Assembly: GCA_964016885.1 (NCBI GenBank)
Contig: OZ024748.1
Span: 41,912,001 to 41,976,000 of the forward strand
Direction: 5' to 3'
Source: Eledone cirrhosa
Lineage: Eukaryota
Length of the DNA stretch: 64,000 nt
Shown: positions 12,903 through 25,065 of the stretch, piece after piece
How positions within the stretch are numbered: position 1 is the stretch's first letter
Layout: each line of letters starts with the position of its first letter
The notes under the pieces: model-generated
The model's database searches: none
What the model saw: only the letters and a program-made list of their open reading frames with translations
What the model was told of the DNA's origin: nothing
Program-made: the position numbers and the translations under genes

Positions 12903-12949
12903 TGTAACTACTTGGTGTATAATTCAGAAACAAAAGAAACATATCTTAC

Positions 12950-13029
12950 CTTCTCGGTTTTCTTTATAAAGAAGATAGCTGAGACCTTTATCTAAAAGTG
13001 AAGGTATTATTTCAACAGCTTCTATCCAT
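12950..13029 (-). CDS. VIRMA: virilizer/VIRMA exon, 80 nt
   Basis: atttttag|A TGG...G|gtaaga; (K)WIEAVEIIPSLLDKGLSYL resembles VIRMA KWVTALEEIPSLIIKGLSYL. Confidence 0.9.
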
Positions 13030-13241
13030 CTAAAAATAAATATGCCATCACATATTTTAATATTTTTATTATACTGGACACATTTAACAGTCAAATCTAA
13101 ATAGACTGAGTAAATTTAAACCAATATTTCCTCCTTGCAAGACATACAAAAAACAGTTAATGCTTTGAATCTGCTGGCTCAGTATTCTGGCCCTGATATT
13201 GCCTTTATAGCAAACTTTCTTTCTCTGGAGTTCGGTATTAG

Positions 13242-13351
<110 letters not shown>

Positions 13352-13416
13352 CTTTATAACAGATTTTCTTTCTCTGGTGTTCACTGTAAAACAAATGTCT
13401 AAATATATATATATAT

Positions 13417-13758
13417 GGAGGCACATGGCTTAATGGTTAGAGCATTGGCCTTGCAATCGAAAGGTTGTGAGTTCAATTCTCATACCGGGTGATGTGTTGT
13501 TTCCTTGAGCAAGGCACTTTATTTCACATTGCTCCAGTTTACTCAGCTGTAGAAATGAGATGATAGGGACTGGGGTCCATATCATTCCACTGCAAAGTGG
13601 TCGTGTAGGCGCCACGAAAAAGCACCCAGCACTCACTGTAAATGAGGTTGGTGTTAGGAAGGGCATCCAGCTGTAGAAATCAAGCCAGAATCAGTTCCCG
13701 TCCCACCCTTGCAAGCAGGGAAAAGCGAACGTAAAAATGAAATGAATGAATGAATGAA
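13417..13758 (+). mobile_element. tRNA-derived SINE with CORE-like centre and RTE-like tail
   Basis: A box TGGCTTAATGG, B box GAGTTCAATTC, ccttgagcaaggcact, (AATG)n tail; near-identical copies at 18215 and 40996. Confidence 0.85.
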
Positions 13759-13892
13759 TATATATAGATATATCTTCTGATGAAGAACTAGCATCCGAAA
13801 CGTTAAGACCCTCTTCCTGCTATATCAAGCGTTAACCTAATATATCCCTTCCATATACTGTACCGATTGTGTTGTTATTTCTGGTTACCTTT

Positions 13893-14047
<155 letters not shown>

Positions 14048-14083
14048 ATGATGATATATTGTCTTTATAATTATCAGACTTAC

Positions 14084-14232
14084 TTTCTCTGGTGTTCGGT
14101 ATTAGAAAATGTCTCTATATATTCAAACAATGTCTTTGCTTCTTGGCACATCTCAGTGTTAGTTCCACATTCCGATTGCTGCCACTGGGCCTTTTCAACT
14201 TCAAATGGAGTTAGAGATGGGTCCAAGAAATG
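14084..14232 (-). CDS. VIRMA: virilizer/VIRMA exon, 149 nt (follows a ~26.6 kb intron)
   Basis: atttcacag|CAT TTC...AGA AA|gtaagt; HFLDPSLTPFEVEK...FSNTEHQR; phase 0/2. Confidence 0.87.
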
Positions 14233-14584
14233 CTGTGAAATATAAGACAGAGATAAGGCTAACAATTTGGGTGGAGGAGGATAGTTAATAATTACATTGA
14301 CCCCAGTAAATCACTGGTACATTAAGTGGATGATATATACCTCCTGACCTAAAAAAAAACTGTGAAGTTTCTACTAGGAGTTGTGACCAACTGACCAACA
14401 GATAGTATCACCAATAGAAAGACCAATGGAAACATTGTTCCCTTTCTTCTGCCAGTTAACCACTGGAGATATGTTGTTTCAGTACTTTAATATTGATAAT
14501 TGTTTCTACTTTAGGCACAAGGCCAGCAATACTGGTACTTTATTTTATCGACCCCATAAGGATGAAAGGCAAAGTTGAAAATGG

Positions 14585-17500
14585 ACACAAGTCTGGTGTC
14601 TTGTGTCCATTTCTTACTGCCCCATTGTACACAAGTCTGGTGTCTCCTGTCCATTTGTTACTGTCCAATTGTACACAAGTCTGGTGTCTTCTGTCCATTT
14701 GTTACTGTCCCATTGTACACAAGTCTGGTGTCTCCTGTCCATTTGTTACTGTCCCATTGTACACAAGTCTGGTGTCTTCTGTCCATTTGTTACTGTCCCA
14801 TTCTACACAAGTCTGGTGTCTTCTGTCCATTTGTTACTGTCCCATTCTACACAAGTATGGTGTCTTCTGTCCATTTCTTACTGTCCCATTGTACACAAGT
14901 CTGGTGTCTTCTGTCCATTTGTTACTGTCCCATTGTACACAAGTCTGGTGTCTTCTGTCCATTTGTTACTGTCCCATTCTACACAAGTCTGGTGTCTCCT
15001 GTCCATTTCTTACTGTCCATTCTACACAAGTCTGGTGTCTCCTGTCCATTTCTTACTGTCCCATTGTACACAAGTCTGGTGTCTTCTGTTCATTTGTTAC
15101 TGTCCCATTCTACACAAGTCTGGTGTCTTCTGTCCATTTGTTACTGTCCCATTCTACACAAGTCTGGTGTCTTCTGTCCATTTCTTACTGTCCCATTCTA
15201 CACAAGTCTGGTGTCTTCTGTCCATTTCTTACTGTCCCATTCTACACAAGTCTGGTGTCTTCTGTCCATTTCTTACTGTCCCATTCTACACAAGTCTGGT
15301 GTCTTCTGTCCATTTGTTACTGTCCCATTCTACACAAGTCTGGTGTCTCCTGTCCATTTCTTACTGTCCCATTCTACACAAGTATGGTGTCTCCTGTCCA
15401 TTTCTTACTGTCCCATTGTACACAAGTCTGGTGTCTCCTGTCCATTTGTTACTGTCCCATTGTACACAAGTCTGGTGTCTTCTGTCCATTTGTTACTGTC
15501 CCATTCTACACAAGTCTGGTGTCTTCTGTCCATTTGTTACTGTCCCATTCTACACAAGTCTGGTGTCTCCTGTCCATTTCTTACTGTCCCATTCTACACA
15601 AGTCTGGTGTCTCCTGTCCATTTCTTACTGTCCCATTCTACACAAGTCTGGTGTCTCCTGTCCATTTCTTACTGTCCCATTCTACACAAGTCTGGTGTCT
15701 CCTGTCCATTTGTTACTGTCCCATTCTACACAAGTCTGGTGTCTTCTGTCCATTTCTTACTGTCCCATTGTACACAAGTCTGTTGTCTTCTGTCCATTTC
15801 TTACTGTCCCATTGTACACAAGTCTGGTGTCTCCTGTCCATTTGTTACTGTCCCATTGTACACAAGTCTGTTGTCTTCTGTCCATTTCTTACTGTCCCAT
15901 TGTACACAAGTCTGTTGTCTTCTGTCCATTTCTTACTGTCCCATTCTAAACAAGTCTGGTGTCTTCTGTCCATTTCTTACTGCCCCATTGTACACAAGTC
16001 TGGTGTCTCCTGTCCATTTCTTACTGTCCCATTCTACACAAGTATGGTGTCTCCTGTCCATTTGTTACTGTCCCATTGTACACAAGTCTGGTGTCTTCTG
16101 TCCATTTGTTACTGTCCCATTGTACACAAGTATGGTGTCTCCTGTCCATTTCTTACTGTCCCATTCTACACAAGTCTGGTGTCTTCTGTCCATTTCTTAC
16201 TGTCCCATTCTACACAAGTCTGGTGTCTTCTGTCCATTTGTTACTGTCCCATTCTACACAAGTCTGGTGTCTCCTGTCCATTTCTTACTGTCCCATTCTA
16301 CACAAGTATGGTGTCTCCTGTCCATTTCTTACTGTCCCATTGTACACAAGTCTGGTGTCTCCTGTCCATTTGTTACTGTCCCATTGTACACAAGTCTGGT
16401 GTCTTCTGTCCATTTGTTACTGTCCCATTCTACACAAGTCTGGTGTCTTCTGTCCATTTGTTACTGTCCCATTCTACACAAGTCTGGTGTCTCCTGTCCA
16501 TTTCTTACTGTCCCATTCTACACAAGTATGGTGTCTCCTGTCCATTTCTTACTGTCCCATTGTACACAAGTCTGGTGTCTTCTGTCCATTTCTTACTGTC
16601 CCATTGTACACAAGTCTGTTGTCTTCTGTCCATTTCTTACTGTCCCATTGTACACAAGTCTGGTGTCTCCTGTCCATTTGTTACTGTCCCATTGTACACA
16701 AGTCTGTTGTCTTCTGTCCATTTCTTACTGCCCCATTGTACACAAGTCTGTTGTCTTCTGTCCATTTCTTACTGTCCCATTCTACACAAGTCTGGTGTCT
16801 TCTGTCCATTTCTTACTGCCCCATTGTACACAAGTCTGTTGTCTTCTGTCCATTTCTTACTGTCCCATTCTACACAAGTATGGTGTCTTCTGTCCATTTC
16901 TTACTGCCCCATTGTACACAAGTCTGGTGTCTCCTGTCCATTTCTTACTGTCCCATTCTACACAAGTATGGTGTCTCCTGTCCATTCGTTACTGTCCCAT
17001 TGTACACAAGTTTGTTGTCTTCTGTCCATTTGTTACTGTCCAATTGTACACAAGTCTGGTGTCTCCTGTCCATTTCTTACTGTCCCATTGTACACAAGTC
17101 TGGTGTCTCCTGTCCATTTGTTACTGTCCCATTGTACACAAGTCTGGTGTCTCCTGTCCATTTGTTACTGTCCCATTGTACACAAGTCTGGTGTCTTCTG
17201 TCCATTTGTTACTGTCCCATTGTACACAAGTCTGGTGTCTTCTGTCCATTTGTTACTGTCCCATTGTACACAAGTCTGGTGTCTCCTGTCCATTTCTTAC
17301 TGTCCCATTCTACACAAGTATGGTGTCTCCTGTCCATTTGTTACTGTCCCATTGTACACAAGTCTGGTGTCTCCTGTCCATTTCTTACTGTCCCATTGTA
17401 CACAAGTCTGGTGTCTTCTGTCCATTTGTTACTGTCCCATTGTACACAAGTCTGGTGTCTCCTGTCCATTTGTTACTGTCCAATTGTACACAAGTCTGGT

Positions 17501-17843
17501 GTCTTCTGTCCATTTGTTACTGTCCAATTGTACACAAGTCTGGTGTCTTCTGTCCATTTGTTACTGTCCCATTGTACACAAGTCTGGTGTCTCCTGTCCA
17601 TTTGTTACTGTCCAATTGTACACAAGTCTGGTGTCTTCTGTCCATTTGTTACTGTCCAATTGTACACAAGTCTGGTGTCTTCTGTCCATTTGTTACTGTC
17701 CCATTCTACACAAGTCTGGTGTCTTCTGTCCATTTGTTACTGTCCAATTGTACACAAGTCTGGTGTCTCCTGTCCATTTGTTACTGTCCCATTCTACACA
17801 AGTCTGGTGTCTCCTGTCCATTTGTTACTGTCCCATTGTACAC
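14585..17843. repeat. 40-bp minisatellite, ~81 copies
   Basis: unit acacaagtctggtgtct(t/c)ctgtccattt(g/c)ttactgtcccatt(g/c)t; preceded by a SINE-like fragment at 14500-14578. Confidence 0.98.
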
Positions 17844-17995
17844 TAGAGATAGTTGTATCAATCTTAAAGCACTGACATAACGTATCTCCAGTCTTCAACT
17901 AACGAGAGTGGACTCATCTGTGTTCTATCCGTTTTCCATTATTTTCACCCCAATGTCTCACACTACTCTCACTTCTGTTCCTTATCTGACCTTCC

Positions 17996-18040
<45 letters not shown>

Positions 18041-18214
18041 TAACTATGGGAGGGTCATGCTGCCAATAACATTAAAAAACAAAGTATATATATATAGACA
18101 TATATGCAACTACTGAATCTTGAACTTGCATAAGGGACACCATAGAAATAATTATAATTAATAAACACTTGAGGTAAACACACCATCTTTCTAATGTTAT
18201 TCTTATATATATAT

Positions 18215-18555
18215 ATCATCATCATCATCATTTTACGTCCACTTTTCCCTGCTTGCAAGGGTGGGACGGGAACTGATTCTGGTTTGATTTCTACAGCTGG
18301 ATGCCCTTCCTAACACCAACCACATTTACAGTGAGTGCTGGGTGTTTTTTTTTGCCGTGGCACCTCCACGACCACTTTGCAGTGGAATGATAGGAACACC
18401 AGTCCTTATCATCTCATTTCTACAGCTGAGTAAACTGGAGTAATGTGAAATAAAGTGTCTTGCTCAAGGAAACAACACATCACCCGGTCTGAGAATTGAA
18501 CTCACAACCTTTCGATTGCAAGGCCAATGCTCTAACCACTAAGCCATGTGCCTCC
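18215..18555 (-). mobile_element. tRNA-derived SINE, same family as 13417
   Basis: reverse complement nearly identical to 13417-13740; (GAT)n tail. Confidence 0.85.
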
Positions 18556-18612
<57 letters not shown>

Positions 18613-18741
18613 AAAGGACTGTGACGAATACAGAGATGCTATGCCGCAGATGACCCGTGCCACCCTTGCAAGTAGAGAAAAGCAGATGTAAAAAGATGAT
18701 GATAATGACAATGTATAGGAGAATATATAGGAGAATCTTAA

Positions 18742-18876
18742 ACCCCGACGGCAGAGCTCAATCTTCCCATATAAGGAATTACCCCTTGAAAAGTTTGGCT
18801 ATTTATTTACCACGCTAAAAATTCTAATTTAGTCCAGAAATAGCCGTCGAAACGGCTTGAGCTCTGCCGTCGGGGT
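18742..18876. mobile_element. 135-bp MITE flanked by TTAA
   Basis: perfect 20-bp TIR accccgacggcagagctcaa / ttgagctctgccgtcggggt, TTAA on both sides. Confidence 0.8.
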
Positions 18877-18968
18877 TTAACATTTTCCTATTACCCACTC
18901 TACTACTCTAAGTATTGAGTACTCTGGTGCGTTATGGTTCATCTGGTTCCTTACCACACTTCCTTCAT

Positions 18969-18999
<31 letters not shown>

Positions 19000-19203
19000 A
19001 TATATGTATATATGTGTGTGTGTGTATGTATGTATATGTGTGTGTATGTATATATATATACACACATACACACACACACATATATACATATATATATACA
19101 CACACACATTATATATATATATATATATATATATATTACATACATACACACACATATATATACATATATACACACACACACACATATATATAATATATAT
19201 ATA

Positions 19204-20057
19204 CGAGGTGTGTCAGAAAAGTTCCAGGACTGATGTCACAAAAGATTTATTTCAAACTCAAACTTAACACTAAGAGTTTTCTCCTTCAAAGTAATCCCCC
19301 TGGAGTATGTAACTGTAATTTTAGCTCTCTGCAGCAATCAAACTTTTTTCTTCATAATTTTATATACCTGTCCTCTGTTTCAGGTCGTCAAGCAAAGAGC
19401 ACAGCGCAACGAACAAACTTGAAACTGCGTCAGAAGCACTGAGATTGCTGCAGCAAGTGTATGGAGATGAGACGATGTCATGCTCACGTGTTTTAAGATG
19501 ACCCCTAGGAGCGGAAGGCCCTCAACAACCAGGACTGAGGTCAACGTTGAGTGCGTCAGGCAGATGGTGCATAGCAATCGTCGGCTGACTGTTCGACTGA
19601 TGGCAAATGAGCTGGGCATGAATCGGGACAGCGTCTGGAAGATTCTCACTGAAGATTTGGACATGCGGAAAGTCTGCACGAAGATGGTGCCAAAACTGCT
19701 GAACGATGACCAGAAGGGTTGACGCATGCAAGTGTGCCAGGACATCCTCGAGCGTCTTGAAACCGAACCAGACTTGCTAGGGACAGTCATCACCAGTGAT
19801 GAGTCATGAATCTTCGAGTACGACCCGGAGGGGACCCGTTTTGAAGACGTGGACGACATCAAAAAGGCAGTGACGACGGAATTGCAGAGGATCCCGGAAG
19901 AATCCTTCCAGGAGTGCATGCAAGCGTGGCAGAAAAGGATGGAAAAGTGCATTAGACTCCAGGGGGATTACTTTGAAAGAGAAAACTCTTAGTGTGAAGT
20001 TTGGGTTTGAAATAAATCTTTTGTGACATCAGTCCTAGAACTTTTCTGACACACCTC

Positions 20058-20058
<1 letters not shown>
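19204..20058 (+). mobile_element. internally deleted mariner element with ~103-bp TIRs
   Basis: TA flanks; TIRs 19204-19306 / 19956-20058; transposase remnants PRSGRP, KMVPKLL, TSDES, YDPE joined directly to GTRFEDVDDIK. Confidence 0.9.
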
Positions 20059-20109
<51 letters not shown>

Positions 20110-20272
20110 TTCAATAGAAACCAATCTTAAAGAGAGAGATGGAGATAGGAGAGGAGAGATTGGTGAATTAGTTAGAAACCAAAGCGTAAAGGCATGTGCT
20201 CAATGTGCAATATGCAATAGAAAGCAGCTAGGTGGCTGGGTTCATGCAGAAGTTAGGTGCGCAGAGCTGGAA

Positions 20273-21047
20273 ATATTCATTAGTTAAGCAAAACAAGACC
20301 ACAAATTTCACAAGGAAGACATTATTAAAAGATTGTCAACATATTTTAGTTTGATGTAAGGAATGTAGAGAATAATAATAATAATAATGTCCGTTTACAA
20401 TTGTTTCGCTACTCCATATAATATTTCTGGATCATTTTTACTTGTAGCTAATAAGTTAAATAGCTATAACTAACTTAGATAATTATAAGTTACCTCCCCT
20501 ACATTGTCTCTCAATTAAAAAATTTAAAAATTAGCACTTAACTATAAACTACCCACAATTTCTAATCTCTCAAGGAGTTACTTTCCCTGAAACCACCCTC
20601 TAATTAGTAAGGTAAATATGTCCATTGGTGGCCATCTTGTTACCAATAGGCAGATCTCACACAATGCAGCCTCGACAGATGAATACTGCTTGATTATGGC
20701 TGACAATTGATACACCCAGGACACCATAGTGAAATACCAATACATGGAACATTACATTATGTAACATTCTCTCCGTATCTTAATTTATATTACTTTGAAG
20801 TTCCGATGAGCTGCTCTGTTTTTAAATATGTTAATTATTTTCAACTGAACCAGATCAATAATGATATATAGTCATTTGATCCAAAAACATTATATGGAGT
20901 AGCGAAACAATTGTAAACGGACATTATTATTATTAATATTATTATTATTCTCTACATTCCTTACATCAAACTAAAATATGTTGACAATCTTTTAATAATG
21001 TCTTCCGTGTGAAATTTGTGGTCTTGTTTTGCTTAACTAATGAATAT
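20273..21047. mobile_element. Penelope-like relic with ~160-bp inverted terminal repeats
   Basis: 20273-20434 is the reverse complement of 20877-21047; a hammerhead-like motif overlaps the right arm. Confidence 0.6.
20800..20918 (+). ncRNA. type I minimal hammerhead-ribozyme-like motif (degenerate)
   Basis: gtt-CCGATGA-gctgctctgt...atggagtagc-GAAAC-aatt-GTA-aac; 10-bp stem II, palindromic stem III, U4-to-C change, 3-bp stem I. Confidence 0.55.
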
Positions 21048-21225
21048 ATGTATATATATATATATATATAAGCCACTAATATATACTAAGACATACCAAT
21101 ACTAACAACTGACAACTAAGAGATTCAAGTTATATAAACAATAGCTTTTATTGTTATAAATAACAATGTCACATACATGATACACTTGTCATATCTTTAT
21201 CTTCTCTGTCTCTCTTTATCTATCT

Positions 21226-21352
21226 ACCCCCTATTGGGGATTTCGATTGTTGTAATTGTTTGTTTTATATTTTTTACACGACTATATGTAAAATCCACAG
21301 CATGTCTTTGTAATGTCCCCTTTTCTTGTGCGCCCTTGTGGCAAATAAAGAA
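21226..21352 (+). mobile_element. Tx1-like LINE, 3'UTR-only copy
   Basis: cccctattggggattt...tatgtaaa...cccttgtggcaaataaagaaa matches the 3' ends at 23685-23810, 24200-24331 and 30525-30640. Confidence 0.75.
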
Positions 21353-21870
21353 ATATATCTATGTATATATCTACTTATATATCTACTCATTGATCTATCT
21401 ATCTACATATCTATCTATCTATATACCTACATATCTATATATCTACTTATATATCTACTCATTGATCTATCTATCTACATATCTATCTATCTACATATCT
21501 ATCTATCTATATACCTACATATCTATATATCTACTTATATATCTACTCATTGATCTATCTATCTACATATCTATCTATCTATATACCTACATATCTATAT
21601 ATCTACTTATATATCTACTCATTGATCTATCTATCTACATATCTATCTATCTATATACCTACATATCTATATATCTACTTATATATCTACTCATTGATCT
21701 ATCTATCTACATATCTATCTATCTACATATCTATCTATCTATATACCTACATATCTATATATCTACTTATATATCTACTCATTGATCTATCTATCTACAT
21801 ATCTATCTATCTATATACCTACATATCTATATATCTACTTATATATCTACTCATTGATCTATCTATCTAT
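21353..21870. repeat. (TATC)-derived compound repeat with higher-order units
   Basis: recurrent atctacttatatatctactcattgatctatctatctacat. Confidence 0.9.
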
Positions 21871-21871
21871 A

Positions 21872-23810
21872 GGCGTAGAGGAAGATGAACTGGCCAGTCT
21901 ATTCGGTAGGTCCTTCCGACCAAGACCAATGGACAACTTCCAAAAGTCCCTGGCCTGGCAGTGCTACCGAGGAGCTCTACCAGTTCGAGACAAGCTCTAC
22001 AGACATGGGCGCCCGGGCAGGGACCCTGCAAAAAAGATCTGTCCGAGGTGCGTGCGAGACGAAGAAACCGTCGCGCACGCATTCATACACTGCCCGGGCG
22101 TCACCGACCTGTGGGGCTATGTGGAACGACTATTGTCGCGGGTGGGACCAATCCGGTTGACCACCGAGTCCATTGTCATGATCAAACCGCCACCCTCCTT
22201 CAAAAGCGAAGGAGTGGCGGTTTTCCTTTGTGACAGTTATGGTGTAGAGCACCTCGCAAATTGGGGAGGTCGGCACCTTACTAGAGGAATACGAATGGTT
22301 CACAGGAGCGAAGCTGAACCGAGACAAATCCGTCGGTTTGCAACTCGGATCGTGGAGAGGTAAACCGATGCCTTCCGATGGCGTCGTCGGATGCTGGACG
22401 GAAGAACCGGTAAAGCTGCTCAGGGTCTGGTTTGGTCCGGACCTCCAGGTGGAGAAGAACCGGAACGAGGTGACGGCCAAGGTGTTTGCGCTCACCCAGA
22501 AGTGGGCCGAGTGCAAACTATCCTTGAAAGGTTGAGCGGAGGTGGCGAACACTTTTATAGCATCCGTCATCTACTACCGCTTGACTGTCGTGCCTTGTCC
22601 AGCCAAAACGCTCACCAAAATGGAGCGCGCGCTCTTCCAATTCCTTTGGTGAGAAGATCCATCTGCTGCCAACACCCTTCAAACGGAGGGCTGGGGATGC
22701 TGTGGCTGACGATGCGCAAACACGTGGTCAGGCTGCGGCACCTCCACGTATTCCTCACCAGACAACCGGTGTGGGCCCCGTTCATGAGGCGAGCCTTCCC
22801 ACGACTCGTCTCGCTGACCGAGCTACAGTCCTGGGTCAAGCAAACACCGAGGAAAATGGGTGACTGGCACATTGAATGTGCTCAGGCGCTCAGTCCTCTG
22901 GCAAACGGACCCGGCAATCAGTGGAGACTCCACTTCGACATTCTATAGAGGGTTGGTCCGCAGCAAGTGCGACGACACGCTCGGAGAAACTCTGGGTGTA
23001 GAGGAGGATGAACTGGCCAGTCTGTTTGGTAGGACCTTCCGCCCGGGATCAATGGACAACTTCCAAATGTCCCTGGCCTGGCAGTGCTACCAAGGAGCTC
23101 CACCAATTCGAGACAAGCTCTACAGACACGGGCGCTGGGTAGGGACCCTTCAAAAAAGATCTGTCCGAGATGCGTGCGCGACGAGGAAACCGTCGCGCAC
23201 GCATTTGTACACTGCCCGGGCGTTACCGACCTGTGGGGCTATGTGGAACAACTATTGTCGCGGGTGGGACTAATCCAGTTGACCATCGAGTCCATTGTCA
23301 TGATCAAACCGCCACTCTCCTTCAAAAGCGAGGAAGAGGTGGTTTTCCTATATGTTATGGCTATGGTGAAAGAGGTTATATGGTGGACGAGGTTAAAAGG
23401 GCTGAGGTCAGACACCTTTCTCTCCGGCGAGCAACTGATTCGTTTTTTCAAATATCATTTTGGAAGAAGAATCAGGATGGAGAGAGAGGTGCTGTACCCC
23501 AGCAAATTTTATAAAAGGTGGGTGAATGTGGCAAAGATGGCCCGAGTGGTTGGGCCTTCTCTCTATATGGGCCTGTAGGTTGAGGAAAAAGAAGAAGAGA
23601 GGTAGGGAGTACTCACTCTTGGTGCTCTTGGAGATGAGGGTTGTACATTTTTTCGGGGTGTGTACAACCTCTGTGTAACACCTCCCCCCTATTGGGGATT
23701 TCAATTATTATTTGTTATTGTATTAATAGTCTTATTTTCATATACCTGTATGTAAACTCCCCATTTGTATTTGTCCCCTTCTTTTGTACCCTTGTGGCTA
23801 ATAAAGAAAT
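21872..23810 (+). mobile_element. 5'-truncated, rearranged Tx1-like LINE (pseudogenised ORF2 3' half)
   Basis: translations match ORF2 at 28960-30426; 21872-22230 is a downstream ORF2 fragment fused to a copy that starts just after the YADD motif. Confidence 0.9.
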
Positions 23811-23947
23811 TTATCTACATATATATTTATCTATCTACCTATGTGTCTGCCTGTTTATCTAGCTAACTATCTACTTAGAATCTATCTATCCATCTACCTA
23901 CACATCTCTATCTATTTATCTATCTATCTACCTATCTATGTACATCT

Positions 23948-24331
23948 AACTGATTCTTTTTTTCAAATACCACTTTGGAAGAAGAATCAGGATGGAGAAA
24001 GAGGTGCTGTACCCCAGCAAGTTTTATGAAAGGTGGGTGAAAGTGGCGAGAATGGCCCGAGTGAATGGGCCTTCTCTCTATCTCAGCCTGTAGGTTGAGG
24101 AAAAAGAGGAAGAGAGGAAAGGGGTAAAAACTCTTCGTACTCCTGGAGATGATGGTCGCAGATTTTTTTCGGGGGTATGTGTTACCCATATGAACTGTCT
24201 CCCCCTATTGGGGAAAATCGACTAATTTTTTAAATTGCATTTGTGATAATATTTTACACGTTTTTATTGTATGTAAACTTCCCCCTTTGTATTTGTCCCC
24301 TTCTTTTGTGCCCCTGTGGCTAATAAAGAAA
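23948..24331 (+). mobile_element. 5'-truncated Tx1-like LINE (3' ~380 bp)
   Basis: FFKYHFGRRIRMEKEVLYPSKFYERW plus 3'UTR ending aataaagaaa. Confidence 0.88.
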
Positions 24332-24838
24332 CATATCTATGTACTTCTATCTATCTATCTACCTACCTATGTACTTCTATCTGTCTATCTACCTACCTAT
24401 GTACTTCTATCTGTCTATCTACCTATGTACTTCTATCTATCTACCTATCTATGTACTTCTATCTATCTATCTACCTACCTACCTATGTACTTCTATCTAC
24501 CTACCAATGTACTTCTATCTATCTACCTACCTTTGTACTTCTATCTGTCTATCTACCCATGTACTTCTATCTATCTACCTATCTATGTACTTCTATCTAT
24601 CTATCTACCTACCTATGTACTTCTATCTACCTATGTACTTCTATCTATCTACCTACCTATGTACTTCTATCTATCTACCTACCTATGTACTTCTATCTAT
24701 CTATCTACCTATCTATGTACTTCTATCTATCTACCTACCTATGTACTTCTATCTACCTATGTACTTCTATCTATCTATCTACCTATCTATGTACTTCTAT
24801 CTAACTACCTACCTATGCACTTCTATCTACCTATTAAT
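24332..24838. repeat. (TATC/TACC) compound repeat, ~26-bp unit
   Basis: ctatgtacttctatctatctacctac variants; same unit as 30641-31815. Confidence 0.92.
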
Positions 24839-25065
24839 CTAGCTGTCGTCTGTTCTACAGTGTGGATGTCATTCACTTCGCACAGAAGTTTTGTTCAAAT
24901 TTATTGAGGAAATTTTGTGAGTTCAAACTTAATTTTGATACAATTGTGTAGCTTGACCCTCCGTCTGAACTGTCAGGCGGTGGGTCAGCTCATCTTTACC
25001 CCTCCTAGAGGTGAAAAACCTGTTTTAAAAAATTTTGTGTAAAAAATTTCAATCGTCTAACAGAA

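Noticed and set aside
13417-13490. tRNA gene
   Set aside because: A and B boxes belong to a dispersed SINE head that continues into a SINE body; no convincing cloverleaf.
13773-13808. Hammerhead-like tctt-CTGATGA...GAAACGTT-aaga
   Set aside because: Stem II does not pair; at best a decayed Penelope-type remnant.
14493-17880. Cys-rich ~1100 aa ORFs in all three plus frames
   Set aside because: A 40-bp unit lacking stop triplets gives the same peptide in every frame; artefact.
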